Shown piece by piece: positions 24,464 to 28,451 of a stretch of DNA of 28,451 bases (the stretch's first letter is position 1; every line of letters starts with the position of its first letter). A program made the translations under genes and the position numbers. The stretch spans positions 1 through 28,451 of the forward strand of contig JBIISH010000001.1 of the NCBI GenBank assembly GCA_044341115.1, written 5' to 3'. Source of the stretch: Candidatus Nanopelagicales bacterium. GTDB lineage: Bacteria > Actinomycetota > Actinomycetes > S36-B12. The notes under the pieces were generated by a model. That model saw nothing but the letters and a program-made list of their open reading frames with translations. It searched no databases and had not been told where the DNA came from.

Positions 24464-25702
24464 GTGAGCGAGACCCCCCAAAAATCAGGCTTGGCCAAGG
24501 GTCTGATCTTTGTTGGCGGGGCCACCCTCATTGGCAACGGCGCCGCCTACGCCCTGAGCATGGTCTCAGCGCGGGTGCTCGACCAAGCAGACTTCGGGGC
24601 CCTGGGCTCCCTCCTTGCCCTCCTGGTTATCCTCGCCACCCTCGGCATCTCCACCCAGGCCCTCACGGCCCGGCGGGTCGCAGCAGCCGAACCAGCAGAC
24701 CGGCCCGAAGTCGAAGGCCAAGCGATCCGACTCGCCGTGATCATCGGCGCCGCCATCTTGATCGGCGGCGTGGTCCTGGCCTGGCCCCTCGGGGCGATCT
24801 TCACGATCCCCGCGGTGGCTGTGGCCACCGGCATTGGCTCCCTCGCATTTGTAGTGGTGGGCTCGGCCTCGATGGGCATCGCCCAAGGCCGGCAAGAGAA
24901 CATCCGCCTCGCCTGGGCCTTCATCGCGAACGGAGCCAGCCGAGCAATCGGCGGCATCATCGGCGTGGTGGTGCTGCAGAGCGTCACGGGCGTAGGCATC
25001 GGCATCTTCATCGGCTGTGCGATCGGCGCGGTGATCAGTTACCAACTCGTCTGCCCGCGTACCTGGGGCACCACACTCACCGACGGCATCGGGGTGGAGT
25101 TCGGCCATATCGCTCACGCGCTGATCGTGCTGTTCACGCTCACCAACATCGACATCCTGCTCGCCCGGCTCTTCCTGTCCGAAGATCTCTCCGGCGAATA
25201 CGCCGTCGGTGTGCTGCTCGCCAAAATCGCCTTCTTCCTACCGAACGCCATCATCATCGTGCTGTTCCCGCGCATGGCTGCCGGAGATTCGCGCCGGGCC
25301 GTGTACATCGCTACCGCCCTCACCGCAACCCTCGGCCTGTTCATGACCGTCGGCAGTTTGCTGCTCGGTGATCTCGTGGTGCGCATCCTCGGTGGTGCGC
25401 AATACGTCGCTCTTGGTCTTGGCTCGCAGGCATACCTATTTGCCCTTGAAGGATCAGCCTTCGCACTCGTGCAGGTTCTCCTCTATTCCCGTCTAGCTGC
25501 GCAAGACCGCAAAGCCGTTGCGCTCGTCTGGGTGGCGCTTGCAGTTCTCGTAGTGATCGTCGTCTTCTTCCGCCACGACTCGGTGGAGCAGATCGTGACC
25601 ACCGTGGTGGGCGTTTCCCTCGTGCTCACCGTGGTTGGCCTGTTCATGGACCGACGCTCAATGCCTAAGTCACCCACGGTTCCTATCGAAGCGGCCGAAT
25701 GA
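24464..25702 (+). CDS. Wzx/MOP-superfamily oligosaccharide flippase-like membrane protein
   Basis: About 12 hydrophobic segments. NGAAYALSMVSARVL..ADFGAL and TNIDILLAR.FL....GEYA.G motifs. TAAAGT lies 6 nt before GTG 24464. Confidence 0.8.
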   Translation: MSETPQKSGLAKGLIFVGGATLIGNGAAYALSMVSARVLDQADFGALGSLLALLVILATLGISTQALTARRVAAAEPADRPEVEGQAIRLAVIIGAAILIGGVVLAWPLGAIFTIPAVAVATGIGSLAFVVVGSASMGIAQGRQENIRLAWAFIANGASRAIGGIIGVVVLQSVTGVGIGIFIGCAIGAVISYQLVCPRTWGTTLTDGIGVEFGHIAHALIVLFTLTNIDILLARLFLSEDLSGEYAVGVLLAKIAFFLPNAIIIVLFPRMAAGDSRRAVYIATALTATLGLFMTVGSLLLGDLVVRILGGAQYVALGLGSQAYLFALEGSAFALVQVLLYSRLAAQDRKAVALVWVALAVLVVIVVFFRHDSVEQIVTTVVGVSLVLTVVGLFMDRRSMPKSPTVPIEAAE

Positions 25703-26265
25703 CGAGCAACGCTCTCATCGTTATCGATGTGCAGGAGGGATTTCACGATCCGTTCTGGGGTGAGCGCAACAATCCGCAGCGTGAAACCAATGTGGAACTG
25801 CTGTTGCAAGCTTGGCGTGAGCAGGGCCTTCCGATAGTGCTGGTGCGCCACGATTCGACATCAGGCACCTCACCGCTGCGCCCGGAACAACCTGGCAATG
25901 ACTTCATGCCCTTTGTGCAAGGAACCCACAGTCTTCTCATCACCAAGTCGGTGAACTCCGCTTTCTACGGGAATCCCAATCTTGATGGCTGGCTGCGTGA
26001 GCAGGGGATCACCGAGGTCACCATTTGTGGAATCACGACCAACCACTGTTGCGAGACCACGGCACGCATGGCCGGAAATCTTGGCTACGACGTCACGTTC
26101 GTAATCGATGCCACTGCCACCTTCGCGCGCACGAATTCCCTTGGCCGGGTGTTCAGCGGTGAAGAACTCTCCGCGGTGACAGCGGTAAACCTTGACGGGG
26201 AATTCGCCACAGTGCGCACCACCCACGACGTACTCACTTCACTCTCCGCACCGCAGGCGAGCTGA
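25699..26265 (+). CDS. Isochorismatase/cysteine hydrolase family protein
   Basis: ALIVIDVQEGF, ITKSVNSAFY and GITTNHCCETTAR (Asp-Lys-Cys triad). ATGA overlap with the upstream gene. Confidence 0.92.
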   Translation: MTSNALIVIDVQEGFHDPFWGERNNPQRETNVELLLQAWREQGLPIVLVRHDSTSGTSPLRPEQPGNDFMPFVQGTHSLLITKSVNSAFYGNPNLDGWLREQGITEVTICGITTNHCCETTARMAGNLGYDVTFVIDATATFARTNSLGRVFSGEELSAVTAVNLDGEFATVRTTHDVLTSLSAPQAS

Positions 26266-26293
26266 CTCGTGACGCAGGTGGCACGCTTCTCCC

Positions 26294-26992
26294 ATGTTTG
26301 ATCCTGCACTCATCGCCGCTGTCCGTCGCGACAGCACTGACACCGGTCACGTAGTTCAAGTCGACTACTTTCGCGATCTCTACTCCGGCCACTACGAGGC
26401 CCACACCACTGTTGGTGAAACATTCACCGGCTCCCTGCTCGGACTGGGTGCAGCCGCCGCACTTGATGGGGAGATCTCATCTCTTGACGGCATCACGTGG
26501 CAGATCCGCGCTGACGGCATTCCCGTGGTTGCTGATGATTCACTCGGCATGCCATTTGCCATAGCGGCCTTTGATGGGCAATCGGTAACACTCGAATTAA
26601 GTGCAGGAGATGACTTTGTTTCCATCGCTGCTGCCATCGACGTCGACCTTCACTCCATCGCAGCGATCCGCATTGATGGTGAATTCACCGACGTACTGCT
26701 GCGCAGTGAGCCCCGCCAGGAGCCACCCTTCACGCCGCTCACTGAAGTTCTCGATCACGAAGTTCGATTCGCATTCCCACAATGGGCAGGCACCCTCATG
26801 GGATTCCGGTTCCCCGACGTTGAAGACGGCGAAGTCGTACCAGGCCTGCACCTGCATGCGATTTCCGCAGACCGATCCAGTGGCGGGCACTGTCACAGTG
26901 CCACCGTGGCCCGCGCAACGATCACCATCTGGTTCGACGATCTCCGAATAGAGGTGCCCGAACACCCGCACGAGGGGCAACCACTACCGTAG
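26294..26992 (+). CDS. Alpha-acetolactate decarboxylase (AlsD/BudA family), divergent
   Basis: GLG...LDGEI..LDG, PFA, AIRIDGEF..V.LRS, GTLMGFRFP and PGLHLHAISADRSSGGHC (Zn-binding HxH...H) motifs. Confidence 0.8.
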   Translation: MFDPALIAAVRRDSTDTGHVVQVDYFRDLYSGHYEAHTTVGETFTGSLLGLGAAAALDGEISSLDGITWQIRADGIPVVADDSLGMPFAIAAFDGQSVTLELSAGDDFVSIAAAIDVDLHSIAAIRIDGEFTDVLLRSEPRQEPPFTPLTEVLDHEVRFAFPQWAGTLMGFRFPDVEDGEVVPGLHLHAISADRSSGGHCHSATVARATITIWFDDLRIEVPEHPHEGQPLP

Positions 26993-27029
26993 GTCTCCGT
27001 TCCGCAGGACCTCCCAGTCCAGTGGATCT

Positions 27030-27114
27030 GGCGAGGTGGCAGAGCGGCCGATTGCAGGCGCCTTGAAAGCGCCCGAGGGGAAACTCTCCGGGGGTTCAAA
27101 TCCCTCCCTCGCCG
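27030..27114 (+). tRNA. tRNA-Ser (anticodon TGA), CCA not encoded
   Basis: Acceptor stem ggcgagg/cctcgcc. Anticodon stem ggcgc/gcgcc with loop ctTGAaa (27064-27066). Long variable arm gaggg-gaaa-ctctc, T-loop ttcaaat, discriminator G. Confidence 0.96.
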
Positions 27115-27157
27115 CGCAGCGGTGGTGCTTGGATTTGGGAGGAGCGCCAGCGACGGC

Positions 27158-27176
27158 TCCCTCCCTCGCCTCGCAG
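27158..27176 (+). repeat. Direct repeat of the tRNA-Ser 3' end (att-like)
   Basis: tccctccctcgcc-t-cgcag versus 27101-27119 tccctccctcgcc-g-cgcag (18/19 identical). Confidence 0.7.
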
Positions 27177-27190
27177 GAGGAGGTGGCGTG

Positions 27191-27673
27191 ATGCAGATAC
27201 TGGACATCGTCCGGTTGATCGTCATCGACATCGTGGTGGTTGCCGGAATCTCGATAGGTGCTGGCTTCACCGCACCCCGATGGCCCAGCTCATGGCTTCA
27301 GGTCATCCCGCGACCCCTCTACCAATTCCCGTGGGAGAGCCCGGCCTACTTTCGCCGCGTCAAGGCTGCGTGGTGGGCGAACCGGTTGCCCGAATTGGGC
27401 GCCACCTTCGGCGGAGAGTCGAAGAACAACACTCCTGATCGCGGTACCGAGCAGATCCAGCACTACCTCGTTGAACTGCGCCGGGCCGAATGGGTGCACT
27501 GGATCTCGATGGTCACCTGGGTGCCACTCGCCTTCTTCAACCCGTGGTGGCTCACCCTGCCGTTTGCGATCATCGTGATGTCTGGCAACTCGTTGTACCT
27601 TCTCATCTTGCGCAACAATCGACAGCGCTTAGAGCGCATCTTGCAACGAATGACTAAAGGAGAATCGACGTGA
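27191..27673 (+). CDS. CrtO-like (glycosyl-4,4'-diaponeurosporenoate acyltransferase family) membrane protein
   Basis: PWES..YFRRVK..WWANRLPELG and YLVELRRAEWVHW, plus the C-terminal RNNRQRL, resemble the CrtO family. AGGAGG SD upstream. Confidence 0.7.
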   Translation: MQILDIVRLIVIDIVVVAGISIGAGFTAPRWPSSWLQVIPRPLYQFPWESPAYFRRVKAAWWANRLPELGATFGGESKNNTPDRGTEQIQHYLVELRRAEWVHWISMVTWVPLAFFNPWWLTLPFAIIVMSGNSLYLLILRNNRQRLERILQRMTKGEST

Positions 27674-28451
27674 GCGTGGACTACGGAGTGACCTCGATGG
27701 TGGCACCGCTCAAGCGGGTTGCTGTGCGACCACCTTCACGCCGCGGTGATTACTCGAAGGCACATTGGGCGCAGCCACTCGATCTGGATCTACTCGCTAC
27801 TCAACACGCGGACTTCGTTGCGCTGTTAACGTCATTGGGTGTTGGCGTCGAAATTCTTAATCCGGTTGATGACATGCCCGACGCGATCTTTACCTACGAC
27901 CCTGCATTCGTGGTGCCCTCGGGCGTGATCGAGTTCCAAGGAGCAAAGGAAGTGCGCGCGGGAGAACCACCACTCTTGGCCGCTGAGCTCGAAGGATTGG
28001 GTGTTCCGCGCGTTGGCCGGTTGACCGGTGCTGCCACAGCAGATGGCGGCGACATGTTCTGGCTCGATAACACCACCCTTGCAATCGGTCGCTCGTACCG
28101 AACAAATCAAGTGGCTGTTGATCAGATTCGCGCGATGGTGGAACCTGATGGCATCAACGTTGAAGTGTTTGACCTGCCGCACGATCAAGGACCCGAGTAC
28201 TGCCTGCACTTGATGTCGGTGGTCTCGCCCATCCGCGATGACCTGGCTGTGGTGTTTGAGCGATTGGCCCCGGTTGCTTTGTTGCAGGCGCTTGCCGTGC
28301 GCGGAATTGAAACGATCTCAGTGCCCGATGAGGACTACGAGTCCTTGGGCTGCAATGTGTTGACCGTTGCACCAGGAGTGGTGGTGATCGCTGAAGGAAA
28401 TGAGGCTACCGCAACGCTGCTCCGCAACCACGGGGTCACGGTGCACACCTA
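27670..28451 (+). CDS. Amidinotransferase/DDAH/arginine deiminase-superfamily enzyme, 3' end outside the window (not in the ORF track)
   Basis: Translated by hand from GTG 27670 (GTGA overlap): MSVDYGVTSMVAPLKRVAV...PDAIFTYDP...ADGGDMFWL...GRSYRTN...CLHLMS...LGCNVL. Open to the window end. Confidence 0.85.
   Translation, partial: MSVDYGVTSMVAPLKRVAVRPPSRRGDYSKAHWAQPLDLDLLATQHADFVALLTSLGVGVEILNPVDDMPDAIFTYDPAFVVPSGVIEFQGAKEVRAGEPPLLAAELEGLGVPRVGRLTGAATADGGDMFWLDNTTLAIGRSYRTNQVAVDQIRAMVEPDGINVEVFDLPHDQGPEYCLHLMSVVSPIRDDLAVVFERLAPVALLQALAVRGIETISVPDEDYESLGCNVLTVAPGVVVIAEGNEATATLLRNHGVTVHT

Noticed and set aside
24418-25371. 317-aa Arg/His/Pro-rich ORF on the plus strand
   Set aside because: Alternative frame of the GC-rich flippase gene; the composition is what GC3-biased codons give when read off-frame.
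27030-27114. Selenocysteine or suppressor tRNA
   Set aside because: The anticodon is TGA (reads UCA, Ser), not TCA. The 7-bp acceptor stem and normal arms fit a standard tRNA-Ser.

Overview
High-GC actinomycete chromosomal window, mostly housekeeping genes. From left to right it holds: a GT1 glycosyltransferase (partial), a maltokinase-like probable glucosamine kinase and an SIS-domain protein; two secreted proteins; an FAD-linked oxidase; an Lsr2 nucleoid protein; HAD hydrolase, glycerophosphodiesterase, SEC-C/DUF5926 protein, GDT1 transporter and a channel-like protein; DUF4446-pheA-rmlB-rmlD; a Cof-type HAD and serS; a SET-domain gene; a higBA toxin-antitoxin pair; quinone oxidoreductase, RCK K+ channel and a degenerate moeA; lhgO, NlpC/P60, flippase, isochorismatase, acetolactate decarboxylase, tRNA-Ser(TGA), a CrtO-like gene and a truncated amidinotransferase. 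Many genes have a -10 hexamer 6-7 nt before the start codon, which points to leaderless transcription. The most unusual features are: (1) a bicistron of two tiny acidic ORFs (14667-14947; one is absent from the ORF track), each resembling only the C-terminal toxin-neutralising half of a different type II antitoxin family, with no toxin and no DNA-binding domain; (2) higBA bracketed by mirror-image ~75-bp three-box repeat arms; (3) a duplicated tRNA-Ser 3' end only 57 bp downstream of the original; (4) AT enrichment running through the 3' end of a CDS into the lsr2 promoter; (5) a 17-bp intergenic gap with two overlapping, divergent -10 elements. All family assignments come from motif recognition by eye; no database searches were run.
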